Source of the DNA: an uncultured Cetobacterium sp.
Lineage (GTDB): Bacteria > Fusobacteriota > Fusobacteriia > Fusobacteriales > Fusobacteriaceae
DNA length: 64,000 bases
Assembly (NCBI GenBank): GCA_900766645.1
Contig: CAAFWD010000215.1
Location: 215-64,214, forward strand
Reading direction: 5' to 3'
The notes under the pieces are model-generated. The model did no database searches. It was given only the letters and a program-made list of their open reading frames with translations, and had not been told where the DNA came from. Within the stretch, counting starts at the first letter, position 1; every line of letters starts with the position of its first letter. Of the stretch, positions 50,558 to 60,743 are shown one piece after another. Made by a program: the position numbers and the translations under genes.

Positions 50558-52477
50558 TTACATTTTTTCCTTTTTTAATTCTTTTAAATATATCTCTTCT
50601 GAGTTATATCCCATTCTTTTAGCCATCAAATTCATCACTGCTATCTCTACCATGGCAGCAGCATTTCTTCCCGATGAAATATAAAGCTTTATCTTTGACA
50701 CTTTATTTCCTAAAATATTCTCTGTTGATTCTTGATAATCCATAGCAGTTAAATAATCTTCACTTTTTAATTCTTGAAGTTCTATTACCATATCTAATCT
50801 TTTACTAATTCTAACAGCTCCAACACCATATAGTGCTTTTACGTCTATTATACCTAATCCTCTTATCTCCATAAAATAGGGAAGTTTTGATGCTCTCCCT
50901 GTTATATCCCCTATAACACCCTTTTCAAATCTAACAGAATCATCCGCTATTAATCTGTGACCTCTATGAATTAATTCTAAAGCTGTTTCACTTTTTCCTA
51001 TTCCACTTTTTCCAGTTAATAAAACTCCAAAACCATATAATTCTACAAAAACTCCGTGTTTAGATACTGTTGGTGCAAAATAATTTTCTAAATATGCACT
51101 AACTGTTGCTACAATATGACTGGTTCTATCCATATCTGTTTCAAGTAAAATAATGTCTCTCTCAACTATTAAGTCAAAGAAATATTTTGGTATATTTTTC
51201 AATTTTGAAATAAGAATTACTGGAAAATCATTTTCCAAATATCTTTTTAAATTTCTTAACCTCTCATCTTCAGGTAAGCTTTCTAAATATTTAAATTCAT
51301 TTTCTGTAAACAACTGAATTCCTGTATATCCCTCTTGATCATACATTTCAAAATATCCCGTTAATGCTAATGATGGCCTGTGGACTCCTGTTGTTGTTAT
51401 ATATTTTTTATCTAAAAGATCCTGTCCATTTAAAACTTTTAAATCAAATCTATTTTTAATATAACTTACAGGTAAACTCGTTTTATTATCCACAGCAGCA
51501 CCCCTTGCTTTATCTTTTTTATTTTTTTCAATAAGCTTTCTGGATTCTCTCCAAAAATATTCAGCTGAATTAACTCCAGTTTTTTTCAATCTATAGTTTA
51601 TAGCAGCTGTTTCGATTATTATTGCTAAATTTCTCCCTTTTCTAACTGGAAGAGTTACTTTAGGGACTTTCAATCCTAAAAATTCTTCATAAACTTCGTC
51701 TAATCCTAATCTATCATAGAATTTTTTTTCATCCCATTTTTCAAGTTCTATTAAAAGAGTTATTTTTTTACTACTTCTTGTGCTTTTAATTCCGAAATGC
51801 GTTGTAACATCTATATCATTTCCATCTTTTCCAAATAAATAAAAATGGCTATCCCCTTTTCTCTTTTCAGAAGTATTAGAACCTAATATAAATCTATTTG
51901 CTATATTTTTTATTTTCAATCTTGTATCAGTTATAAATTTATGACCTCTTTCAAGTAATTCAACTGTAGCACCTAACCTTGCATCTTCATATCCTTTTAA
52001 TAAAATTCCAACTCCGTATACATCTAAAAGAATATGGTCATTAATAACTGTTTCTCTGGCTAATACCTTTTGTAAAAAGAACTTTGAATTTCTGATAAAT
52101 TCTGTTGTCCTATATTGTGTTTTTAATACTGGCTTTTTTACTTTTTCAGCAATTTCCAAAATTTCGTCCAATACATCTGTTTCACAAGTTAGTATTAAAG
52201 CTGGAAATGGAAAGCTTAAATATTTATTTAAAATTTCTAATCTTTTTTCTTTAGATATTCCTTCTAAATAACGGCTTTCTTTTCTTCCTAAAACATTTAA
52301 ATTAGTATTTAACTCTTCTCCATTAAAAAAGAACCCTGAAAGCTCATAACCTACTCTATATATACTTTGAGTCATTATATAGTTGCATCTATGGTCTTTA
52401 GTTAAATACTCCAATTTTAGTGCTTTTACAAACTCATCAACTGCCAATCTTTTTAATACTGTCTTTTGAATTATCAT
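50558..52477 (-). CDS. hprK: HPr kinase/phosphorylase, tandem-duplicated form
   Basis: C-terminal unit HGVFV..G.GVLLTGKSGIGKSETALEL..RGHRLIADD, EIRGLGII, GRN; N-terminal unit with DRLG and PVRKGRNLA. Confidence 0.92.
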   Translation of the reverse strand: MIIQKTVLKRLAVDEFVKALKLEYLTKDHRCNYIMTQSIYRVGYELSGFFFNGEELNTNLNVLGRKESRYLEGISKEKRLEILNKYLSFPFPALILTCETDVLDEILEIAEKVKKPVLKTQYRTTEFIRNSKFFLQKVLARETVINDHILLDVYGVGILLKGYEDARLGATVELLERGHKFITDTRLKIKNIANRFILGSNTSEKRKGDSHFYLFGKDGNDIDVTTHFGIKSTRSSKKITLLIELEKWDEKKFYDRLGLDEVYEEFLGLKVPKVTLPVRKGRNLAIIIETAAINYRLKKTGVNSAEYFWRESRKLIEKNKKDKARGAAVDNKTSLPVSYIKNRFDLKVLNGQDLLDKKYITTTGVHRPSLALTGYFEMYDQEGYTGIQLFTENEFKYLESLPEDERLRNLKRYLENDFPVILISKLKNIPKYFFDLIVERDIILLETDMDRTSHIVATVSAYLENYFAPTVSKHGVFVELYGFGVLLTGKSGIGKSETALELIHRGHRLIADDSVRFEKGVIGDITGRASKLPYFMEIRGLGIIDVKALYGVGAVRISKRLDMVIELQELKSEDYLTAMDYQESTENILGNKVSKIKLYISSGRNAAAMVEIAVMNLMAKRMGYNSEEIYLKELKKEKM

Positions 52478-52488
52478 ATGAGCTCCTT

Positions 52489-52686
52489 CTAATTCTCTTT
52501 ATAAAAATCCTCTGTTCTTGCTCTGTACTCTAAATCAATTTTTTTATTAAATTTTTCTATTTTTTCTTCTCTATCTTTGTATATAAGCACTAAATCTTTT
52601 ACCAATGTATACTCATAATAAGCTAAAGTTAAAAATATAGAAAAAGTTATAACTTTAAAAAATATCTGAATCTTTTTATTTTTCAT
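52489..52686 (-). CDS. Small hypothetical membrane-anchored protein
   Basis: 65 aa, basic N-terminus then hydrophobic helix; fills the folC-hprK gap and overlaps the folC stop; RBS GAGG. Confidence 0.65.
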   Translation of the reverse strand: MKNKKIQIFFKVITFSIFLTLAYYEYTLVKDLVLIYKDREEKIEKFNKKIDLEYRARTEDFYKEN

Positions 52687-53923
52687 TTAATAAAACTTCC
52701 TCTTTAAATTTACTCAAAAGATAAAATGATCCACAAATTAATACCACTTTTTTATTCGGTACTGATAAAGCTAACCTATATGCCTCTTTTAAATCCTCTT
52801 CATACAACTTTCCAGTTTTATTTGAATCTAAATCATACAATTCTTTAGCACTCTGGCCTCTTTTATTTTCCTTTAAAGATGTATATATAATATCTCCCAC
52901 ACATTCATCTAAAATATTTATTATACTTTTAGAGTCCTTATCTTTTAAAATCGCTACTACTGCAATTATATCCTTTTTTTCATAGCCTTTTTTTATAGTT
53001 TCACACAATGTTTTAGCACCCTCTCCATTATGTGCTCCATCTAAAATAATTATTTTTTCATTTTTTAAAACTTCAAATCTGCAAGGCCATGAAACTTTTG
53101 TTATTCCTCTTTGAATAATTTCATCTGATATTTCCAATTCTTTCAAAACTTCGTATGCACATAAAAAGTTTTTATATTGATAATCTCCAAAAAGAGAAAA
53201 ATTATATTCTTTTCCTTCTAACTCTATCTTAGTTATAAAACTTTTAAAATCCAATCTATATTTTCCATCTTTATACTTATCTAAAACATTTGTATAATTG
53301 CTTGTTTTTTCTTCGATTGCTTTTAAAAATTCCTTATCATCACATCCTACAATAACTTTAGATTTTCTCTTTATTATTCCAGCTTTTTCTTTTGCTATAT
53401 CACAAATACTATTCCCTAAAAACTCAATGTGATCTAAAGAAACATTTGTCACTACACATATATCTCCATCAGCTATATTAGTGGCATCGTATTTCCCACC
53501 CATTCCAACTTCTAAGATAACATATTCAGCTTTTTTATCTGAAAAATACTTAAACATCATAGCAGTTGTAACTTCAAAGAAAGTTGGAGTTATCCCCAAC
53601 TTTCTCACAACCTCTTTTACATATGAATAATATTCAGCTATCTCTTCATCACTTATTTCAGTTCCATTTAAACAGATTCTCTCATTAAATTTTAATATAT
53701 GGGGAGATGTATATTTTCCTACACTATTTCCATTTTCTACTAAAACTTTCTCAACTGTTGTTGATGTTGAACCCTTTCCATTTGTCCCTGCAATATGTAT
53801 AACTTTATAATCGTTTTGTGGATTTCCCATCTCTTTACAAATCATCTCTATATTAGATAATCCTAATTTAATCCCATGTAAAGAATAAGAATATAGCTCT
53901 TCTAAAAGTAATTCAATATCCAT
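52676..53923 (-). CDS. folC: Folylpolyglutamate synthase/dihydrofolate synthase
   Basis: HIAGTNGKGS, YTSPH, EVGMGG.YDATN, EKAGI, LDGAHN, CGSFYL. Confidence 0.96.
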   Translation of the reverse strand: MDIELLLEELYSYSLHGIKLGLSNIEMICKEMGNPQNDYKVIHIAGTNGKGSTSTTVEKVLVENGNSVGKYTSPHILKFNERICLNGTEISDEEIAEYYSYVKEVVRKLGITPTFFEVTTAMMFKYFSDKKAEYVILEVGMGGKYDATNIADGDICVVTNVSLDHIEFLGNSICDIAKEKAGIIKRKSKVIVGCDDKEFLKAIEEKTSNYTNVLDKYKDGKYRLDFKSFITKIELEGKEYNFSLFGDYQYKNFLCAYEVLKELEISDEIIQRGITKVSWPCRFEVLKNEKIIILDGAHNGEGAKTLCETIKKGYEKKDIIAVVAILKDKDSKSIINILDECVGDIIYTSLKENKRGQSAKELYDLDSNKTGKLYEEDLKEAYRLALSVPNKKVVLICGSFYLLSKFKEEVLLNEK

Positions 53924-53935
53924 ATGCCCTCCATA

Positions 53936-54631
53936 TTACATTTTTTCTAACATTCCTTCAATTATCATCTTTGAATTTTGAGCTGCTAATTTTACAAACT
54001 CATCAAAGTTCATATTCGCATCATGATTTGCCTTGTCAGAGATTGATCTAATTATAACAAATGGTTTATTTAAAACTTGGCATACGTGAGCTACTGCAGC
54101 TCCTTCCATCTCTGTACACTCTCCATTAAAAGTATCTCTTAACCATTTTATCTTATCTGGAGAAGCTACAAATTCATCACCACTTACTATTGTCCCAGTC
54201 CAAACTTTATCTTCACCAAACTTCTCTTTTGCAACTTCTTCTGCTAACTTAACTAATTCTAAATCACTTTTAAATTTAGAGTTTTCCATTCTAGGAATAA
54301 CACCAAAATCATATCCAAATGCAGTAGCATCAAAGTCATGTTCTACTAAATCTGTTGAAACAACAATATCTCCAATATTTATCTCAGGATTTAATCCTCC
54401 AGCTACTCCAGTAAACATTATCTTATCAACATTAAATTCTTGAATTAAAAGTGTTGAACAAATTGCTGCATTTACTTTTCCTATTCCACACTCAACTAAA
54501 ACTATATTTTTCCCTAAAAGTTCTCCTTTATAAAATTCATATCCACCTAGTACTCTTGTTTCTTCTAAAGTCATAACCTCTTTAAGTTGAATAACTTCTT
54601 CATGCATTGCTCCTATAATTCCTAATAACAC
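53936..54631 (-). CDS. mtnN: MTA/SAH nucleosidase
   Basis: GIIGAM..E, GIGKVNAA, TGVAGG, EMEGAA, RSISD.A. Confidence 0.95.
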   Translation of the reverse strand: MLLGIIGAMHEEVIQLKEVMTLEETRVLGGYEFYKGELLGKNIVLVECGIGKVNAAICSTLLIQEFNVDKIMFTGVAGGLNPEINIGDIVVSTDLVEHDFDATAFGYDFGVIPRMENSKFKSDLELVKLAEEVAKEKFGEDKVWTGTIVSGDEFVASPDKIKWLRDTFNGECTEMEGAAVAHVCQVLNKPFVIIRSISDKANHDANMNFDEFVKLAAQNSKMIIEGMLEKM

Positions 54632-54651
54632 TTGTATCCTCCTAAAACTAT

Positions 54652-55509
54652 TTATTTTACTTTTTTATATAATTTCCATCTATCATGAAACCACATCCAC
54701 TGACTCGGATAATTTGATATTATTTTTTCCATTTTAGTTATCATATTTTGAGTATTTACTCTAACATCCTCTTTAAAACTTCCAGTTCTTACTAATTCTA
54801 TCTCATCAGTAAAGTATGTAGTACATGTATTATCTCTATTCATAACATTATAAGCTATTACTAATGGCATATTATTTTTTAATGCTATGTTAACTATTCC
54901 AGTTGGTGAAACTGTATCCTCACCAAAAAATTCAACTGTTGTTCCTTTATCTCTATGATCACTAAATAAAGCTATTACATCTTTAGCCTCTATATGTTCT
55001 TGAAGCTCTCTTGAAGTTTGTTTAGACTTTTTTAACAATACAACATTTAATCTATTTCTAGCTTCTGTTATAAAATCATCTATGTATGGATTTCTCTGTT
55101 TTTTGGCAACTGTTACTACTTTATATTTTTCAGCTGCTTTCAGTGATGCCTCCATATTTCCCATATGTATTAAAGCTACTGCTAAACCATTTCCTCTTTT
55201 TTTTATTTTATCAACTTTTTCAAATCCCTCTAAAGTTACACTATTTTTCAAATAATCTTCAAACCAAAGCGTAGATAAAAATGCCTTTGACATTATCTTA
55301 TACGAATCTAAAGCGATCTTCTCTCTCTCTTTCTCTGTTTTTTCAGGAAAAGCGAGTTTTAAATTAGCTAAAGCTATTATTCTTCTTTTTTTTATTAATT
55401 TATATCCTAAAACACCTAAAATTTCTGCCAATTTAAATCTCTTTTTTTCTGATATTGAAAGCAAAATAGAACGAAAAGCTTTAAATATTATATATTGAAC
55501 TTTATACAT
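54652..55509 (-). CDS. Lipid A late acyltransferase (LpxL/HtrB family)
   Basis: NL.LAFPE, HMGNME, FFG, YPSQWMWFHDRWK. Confidence 0.88.
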   Translation of the reverse strand: MYKVQYIIFKAFRSILLSISEKKRFKLAEILGVLGYKLIKKRRIIALANLKLAFPEKTEKEREKIALDSYKIMSKAFLSTLWFEDYLKNSVTLEGFEKVDKIKKRGNGLAVALIHMGNMEASLKAAEKYKVVTVAKKQRNPYIDDFITEARNRLNVVLLKKSKQTSRELQEHIEAKDVIALFSDHRDKGTTVEFFGEDTVSPTGIVNIALKNNMPLVIAYNVMNRDNTCTTYFTDEIELVRTGSFKEDVRVNTQNMITKMEKIISNYPSQWMWFHDRWKLYKKVK

Positions 55510-55585
55510 CTTTTCCTATCTCCTATCCATTTTAATCAATTTATTATAACATAATTTTAATATTTTCGTTTTGATTTTTCTAAAA

Positions 55586-55615
55586 TAAAAGGCAAGCATT
55601 ATCGCTTGCCTTTCC
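55586..55615 (-). terminator. Terminator after L,D-transpeptidase gene
   Basis: AAAGGCAAGC-ATTATC-GCTTGCCTTT. Confidence 0.8.
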
Positions 55616-55616
55616 T

Positions 55617-56801
55617 TTAAAATACTATAACCATAACATTTTCATCTGGTCTTTGCTCATTAGATTTTCTATTTACTTTTTTATTAGTTACCCAATCAAA
55701 TAAGAACTTTATATGAGCTTCTGTATTTCTGATACATTTTCTAGTTCCTTCTACAGTTCCTAGCATATCCTCTTTTTGTCTCACAAAAAAATCTCTATTT
55801 ATTTCTTCTTCATAGTTTATTGGAGTTCCATGAATATATCCTCCACCTGAGAAACGAATTGCATATCTTGCAATTCCAGCAGCTTTATTATATTCATCTC
55901 TATATCCCATTTCATATTTCGCCATTGGAACTATAAAATATCCTTTTGGTGTTTCAAAACCTAAAGTACTTTCTATTCCTGTTTTATTTAAAGAATAAGA
56001 TATTAACTCCCAATCTCCAGAACTATTTTTTTGGAATATCCCTTGATTTTCATTTTGTAAGTCTATTGCAATTACTTTTCTGAAATTAGAATCAACTTTT
56101 GGATATCTACTTAAAACTTTTTTTTCTACTTTTAAAGGTTTCTCTTTTATAGAAAGTGCATTCACATTTGCATAATTTCCACTAGTAGAATCTATTGACA
56201 ATAAAGATCTGTCTGGAATATAAAGAGTTTCTCCTTTGTACGTTGACTTTGCATTTTGATCTGCTGAAACTCCATATTTATCCTTACTTCTTTTTAAATT
56301 AGAATTACTAGGGTTTGGAACGTAAGTGTTTATTGAGACTAACTCTTTCCCCTTAGCTTCTTCACTTTTTAAAAAGTTTTCAAGTTTATCTATTCTGCTT
56401 GTCATCTCTTCAAATCTAAAAGTTCTAAAGTTTACTAATCTTGCTGATATGTATCCTTCTCTTGTTCTTCCTTTTGTATCAATTAGCTCTACTTTATACC
56501 ATTCATTTCCACCGACAACAACTCTTTCCAACGCTTTTAACTTTGTATTAAAAGGAAATCTTACTAACTCCCTTGAACGAACTGAAGCATCCTCTCTTAT
56601 TGGTGCATCAACACTTTTAATATATACATAATTTAAAAACTCTGGCTCTGATTCGTTATTTATAATATTTACATTTACACTCATCGGTATTATATTTTCG
56701 TATTTTGCTTTTACTTGTTTTGCTGCTGCTAATAGTTGAGTTGATGAAAAAGCAAGTGTGAATAACATAATCCCCAGAGAGATTAGTTTCCTTTTTTTCA
56801 T
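55617..56801 (-). CDS. Secreted SH3b + YkuD-type L,D-transpeptidase family protein
   Basis: Signal peptide; SH3-like WYKV...GYI; TP.G.F, YAIRF.GG.YIHG, catalytic C in TRKCIRN; ATG at 56801 follows AGGTGG. Confidence 0.8.
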   Translation of the reverse strand: MKKRKLISLGIMLFTLAFSSTQLLAAAKQVKAKYENIIPMSVNVNIINNESEPEFLNYVYIKSVDAPIREDASVRSRELVRFPFNTKLKALERVVVGGNEWYKVELIDTKGRTREGYISARLVNFRTFRFEEMTSRIDKLENFLKSEEAKGKELVSINTYVPNPSNSNLKRSKDKYGVSADQNAKSTYKGETLYIPDRSLLSIDSTSGNYANVNALSIKEKPLKVEKKVLSRYPKVDSNFRKVIAIDLQNENQGIFQKNSSGDWELISYSLNKTGIESTLGFETPKGYFIVPMAKYEMGYRDEYNKAAGIARYAIRFSGGGYIHGTPINYEEEINRDFFVRQKEDMLGTVEGTRKCIRNTEAHIKFLFDWVTNKKVNRKSNEQRPDENVMVIVF

Positions 56802-56810
56802 TAAAACCAC

Positions 56811-58256
56811 CTATTTTAACTTTGATTCCATAAGTTCAGTTACCATTTTAGGATTTGCTTTTCCTTTAGAAAGCTTCATTACCTGTCCTATTAGTCCCTT
56901 TAAAACTCTTGGTTTTCTTCCTTCATCTGAGTTATGGTAATCCTCTACCATTTTTGCATTTTCAGCTAGTACTTGATCTACAATACTTTCTATTGCACCT
57001 AGATCCACAACCTGAATCATTCCCTCTTCTTTTACAATTACTTCAGGATCTCTATCATCATTTAATTTAATTGTAAATAATTCCTTAGCAATTTTAGACG
57101 AGATAACTTCCTTTTGAATTAAGTTTATTATTTTCCCTAAGTCTTCAGGAGTAATCTTTGATTCTTCTATTGTTTTTCCACTTTCTTTAAGTTCTCTTAA
57201 AACTTCTGTCATAATCCAGTTTGATGAAAGTTTTGGATTATTTGTAAACTTTACTAACTCTTCAAAATAATCTGCTAACTCAATCTCTTCAGTTAAAATA
57301 TGAGCATCATATTCTGGAAGTCCATAGTCATTTGTAAATCTATTTAATTTTTCTGTTTTTGATTCTGGCATTAATTCTTTTATTCTTTCTATCTCTTCAT
57401 TTTTTATAACTAATCTTGGAAGATCTGGTTCTGCAAAATATCTGTAATCCATTGCATCCTCTTTACTTCTCATAATTCTTGTTACTTGAGATTCATCATC
57501 CCATAATCTTGTTTCTTGATTAATTGTCTCGCCATTTTCTATTGCTTCTATTTGTCTTCCAATTTCGTAATCTATTGCTCTCGCTACAGCTTTAAATGAG
57601 TTTAAGTTTTTAACTTCTACTCTTGTTCCGTATACTTTACTTCCTTTTTCCATAACTGAAATATTAGCATCACATCTTAATGATCCTAATTCCATTGATA
57701 CATCACTTATTCCAGTATATTTTATTGTACTTTTTAATAAATTTAAATACTCATATGCTTCCTCTGAACTTCTTAAATCTGGTTCAGATATAATCTCTAA
57801 TAAAGGCATTGATGCTCTATTAAAATTAATTAATGACTCTGTTCCTATATGAGTTGATTTCCCAGCATCTTCCTCTATTTGGATTCTTGTAATTCCTACT
57901 CTTAACTCTCTTCCTGAATTTAGTTTTACATCTAAATGTCCCTTTTCACAGTATGGAGTTTCAAACTGAGTTATTTGATAGTTTTTAGGTGTATCTGGAT
58001 AGAAGTAATTTTTTCTATCAAATCCACTTACATTGTTAATTTTACAATTTAATGCTAATGCTGCTTTTATTGCATACTCTACTACTTTTTTATTAAGTTT
58101 AGGTAGTGCTCCTGGATGTCCTAAACAAATAGGGCATGTATGAGTGTTAACGTCTGAGTTATCATAATTTGCATCACATCCACACCAAACCTTTGTTCCT
58201 GTTTTTAATTGAAGGTGCACTTCAAGTCCTATTACTGATTCCCATTGTCTCGCCAT
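56811..58256 (-). CDS. gatB: Asp/Glu-tRNA amidotransferase subunit B
   Basis: VIGLEVH, FDRKNYFYPD, EEDAGK, GSLRCDANIS, DYRYF.EPDLP. Confidence 0.98.
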   Translation of the reverse strand: MARQWESVIGLEVHLQLKTGTKVWCGCDANYDNSDVNTHTCPICLGHPGALPKLNKKVVEYAIKAALALNCKINNVSGFDRKNYFYPDTPKNYQITQFETPYCEKGHLDVKLNSGRELRVGITRIQIEEDAGKSTHIGTESLINFNRASMPLLEIISEPDLRSSEEAYEYLNLLKSTIKYTGISDVSMELGSLRCDANISVMEKGSKVYGTRVEVKNLNSFKAVARAIDYEIGRQIEAIENGETINQETRLWDDESQVTRIMRSKEDAMDYRYFAEPDLPRLVIKNEEIERIKELMPESKTEKLNRFTNDYGLPEYDAHILTEEIELADYFEELVKFTNNPKLSSNWIMTEVLRELKESGKTIEESKITPEDLGKIINLIQKEVISSKIAKELFTIKLNDDRDPEVIVKEEGMIQVVDLGAIESIVDQVLAENAKMVEDYHNSDEGRKPRVLKGLIGQVMKLSKGKANPKMVTELMESKLK

Positions 58257-59701
58257 TACACTCTCTCCTTTATTGCTTTTTCAAAAGCATCTCCTGCTCT
58301 TAATATATCTTCTTCTCCAAATGCTTTTCCTAACAACTGAATTCCAACTGGTAACCCATCTGTTTTTCCTGCAGGAATTGAGATTCCTGGTATTCCTGCT
58401 AAGTTTGCTGGAATTGTAAAGATGTCTTCTAAGTACATTTCAACTGGTGTCTTTTTGTCGTCTAATCTAAATGCTGGTCCTGGAGTTACTGGAGTAAATA
58501 TAATATCAACCTTTTCAAAAGCTAAATCAAAGTCGTTTTTTATTAAGTTTCTTACTTTTTGAGCTTTTTTGAAATAAGCATCAAAGAATCCTGCACTTAG
58601 TACATAAGTTCCTATCATAATTCTTCTTTTTACTTCATCTCCAAATCCTTCACTTCTTGATTTGATATATAGATCATCAATATTTTCAGGATTTTCTGTT
58701 CTATGACCATATCTAACACCATCAAATCTTGCTAAGTTTGAACTTGCTTCAGCTGGTGCTAATACATAGTAAGTTGGTGCTGCATATTTTGTATGTGGTA
58801 ATGATATTTCAACTACCTCTGCTCCTAACTTTTTAAATACTTCTAAAGCTTCATCTACAACTTTTTTAACTCCAGGATTTAATCCTTCTATGAAATATTC
58901 TTTCGGAACTCCTATCTTCATTCCTTTAATATCTCCAGTTAAACAATCTAAATAATTTGGAACCTCTATATCTTCAACTGTTGAATCATACTCATCAATT
59001 CCAGCAAGTGTATTTAATGCTAAAGCAGCATCTTTAACTGTTTTAGTAAATGGTCCTATTTGATCTAGTGATGATGCAAAAGCCATTAATCCATATCTTG
59101 AAATTCTTCCATATGTAGGTTTTAGTCCCACAACTCCACAGAATCCTGCCGGTTGTCTTATACTTCCTCCTGTATCAGATCCTAAAGAAATGTAACACTG
59201 CTCTGCTGCAACTGATGCTGCTGCTCCTCCACTACTTCCTCCTGGAACTCTTTCTAAATCCCATGGATTTTTTGTCACTCTTTCGTGTACTGATGTTGTT
59301 GTTGTAGATCCCATTGCAAACTCATCCATATTTGTTTTACCAATTATTATTGCATCTGCTTTTTTTAATTTTTCAACAACTGTTGCATCATAAATTCCTT
59401 CATATCCCTCTAATATTTTAGAAGCTGACTGAGATGGCTCTCCTATTGAAACCATATTATCTTTTATTGCTACTGGAACTCCAGCTAACTCTCCAACTGA
59501 CTCTCCATTTTTTATTCTTTCATCAAGTGCTTTAGCTTCCTCTAAGGCTTTTTCTTTTCTTAAAGAAACAAAACTTCCAATCTCTCCATCTGTCTCTTCT
59601 ATTCTATTAAAAATAGCTGTTGCTACCTCTAAGGCTGTTAATTCTTTTTTTGCTATTTTTTCTTTTATTTCATAAGCTGTTAATTTATATATCTTATCCA
59701 C
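58256..59701 (-). CDS. gatA: Asp/Glu-tRNA amidotransferase subunit A
   Basis: GKTNMDEFAMGS, PGGSSGG, GSDTGGSIRQPA, NLARFDG. Confidence 0.98.
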   Translation of the reverse strand: MDKIYKLTAYEIKEKIAKKELTALEVATAIFNRIEETDGEIGSFVSLRKEKALEEAKALDERIKNGESVGELAGVPVAIKDNMVSIGEPSQSASKILEGYEGIYDATVVEKLKKADAIIIGKTNMDEFAMGSTTTTSVHERVTKNPWDLERVPGGSSGGAAASVAAEQCYISLGSDTGGSIRQPAGFCGVVGLKPTYGRISRYGLMAFASSLDQIGPFTKTVKDAALALNTLAGIDEYDSTVEDIEVPNYLDCLTGDIKGMKIGVPKEYFIEGLNPGVKKVVDEALEVFKKLGAEVVEISLPHTKYAAPTYYVLAPAEASSNLARFDGVRYGHRTENPENIDDLYIKSRSEGFGDEVKRRIMIGTYVLSAGFFDAYFKKAQKVRNLIKNDFDLAFEKVDIIFTPVTPGPAFRLDDKKTPVEMYLEDIFTIPANLAGIPGISIPAGKTDGLPVGIQLLGKAFGEEDILRAGDAFEKAIKERV

Positions 59702-59719
59702 AAAAAAATCCTCCTTTGA

Positions 59720-60010
59720 TTATTCTCCTACTACTTTTGGAACTATTAATGCCCCGTCTTCTGATGCAGGAGCATTTTTCATTGCTTCCTCTGCTGTTAG
59801 TGATTTTCTTATTACATCTTCTCTTAATTTTACACCACTATCATGCACTTGCACTAATGGTTCCACTGAATCTGTATTTACCTCACTTAAAATATCTATA
59901 TACTCTAAAATATTATTTAAGTCAGTTTGAAATTTTTGAATCTCCTCTTCCTTAAACTCAAGTCTTGCTAGTTTAGCAACATTTAGTACTTCTTCTCTTG
60001 TTAAAGACAT
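59720..60010 (-). CDS. gatC: Asp/Glu-tRNA amidotransferase subunit C
   Basis: VAKLARL, LRED, NAP, VPKV. Confidence 0.95.
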   Translation of the reverse strand: MSLTREEVLNVAKLARLEFKEEEIQKFQTDLNNILEYIDILSEVNTDSVEPLVQVHDSGVKLREDVIRKSLTAEEAMKNAPASEDGALIVPKVVGE

Positions 60011-60029
60011 TACTTCCTCCTTTTATTTC

Positions 60030-60743
60030 TTATAATGATTTTAAATATTTTATTTCTTCAGATGTTAATCTTCTATACTTTCCTACTTCTAAATCACCAA
60101 GTTTAATTTTTCCAATTGACTCTCTTCTTAAATAGATCACTGGATGCTTTACTGCCTCAAACATTCTTCTAACTTGACGATTTCTTCCCTCTCTAATAGA
60201 TAATAAAACTTCACTCTTATTATGATGTCTTTTTATCATCTTAGCTCTTCCTGGAAGTGTAGGCCCATCATCTAAAATCACTCCTTTAGCAACTCTAGAT
60301 AAATCCTTGTCCTTTATTTCACCTTTTATTATAGCATAATATTCTTTAAATACTTCACCTTTTGGATGAATAACTCTATTAAATATTTCACCATCGTTAG
60401 TTAAAATAATAGCTCCTTCAGTTTCATAGTCTAATCTTCCAATAGGGTATAATCTATCGCTACAGTCTATTAAATCCACCACAGTTTTTCTACCTCTATC
60501 ATCTTTAGCTGAACTAAGTACTCCTTTTGGTTTATTCAATAAGAAATAATATTTTTTCTGAGTTTTTGATTTTTCAAAAGTTTTTCCTTTTATTGATATC
60601 TCATCTTTTTCAGTTACTTTTTGACCTGGAGTAACTGGTTTCCCATTCACTTTTATATCTCCATTTTCAATAAGTTTATCTATCTCTCTTCTTGATGCCA
60701 CACCTTTTTGTGCTAAATATTTATTTATTCTCATCGCTTCCAT
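60030..60743 (-). CDS. rluB: rRNA pseudouridine synthase (RsuA/RluB family)
   Basis: S4 domain RINKYLA..GVASRR, NKP.G, GRLD, EGRNRQVRRM; follows scpB. Confidence 0.88.
   Translation of the reverse strand: MEAMRINKYLAQKGVASRREIDKLIENGDIKVNGKPVTPGQKVTEKDEISIKGKTFEKSKTQKKYYFLLNKPKGVLSSAKDDRGRKTVVDLIDCSDRLYPIGRLDYETEGAIILTNDGEIFNRVIHPKGEVFKEYYAIIKGEIKDKDLSRVAKGVILDDGPTLPGRAKMIKRHHNKSEVLLSIREGRNRQVRRMFEAVKHPVIYLRRESIGKIKLGDLEVGKYRRLTSEEIKYLKSL

Noticed and set aside
52845..52853. TTAGCACTC CIRCE half-site
   Set aside because: Inside folC and lacks the second arm.
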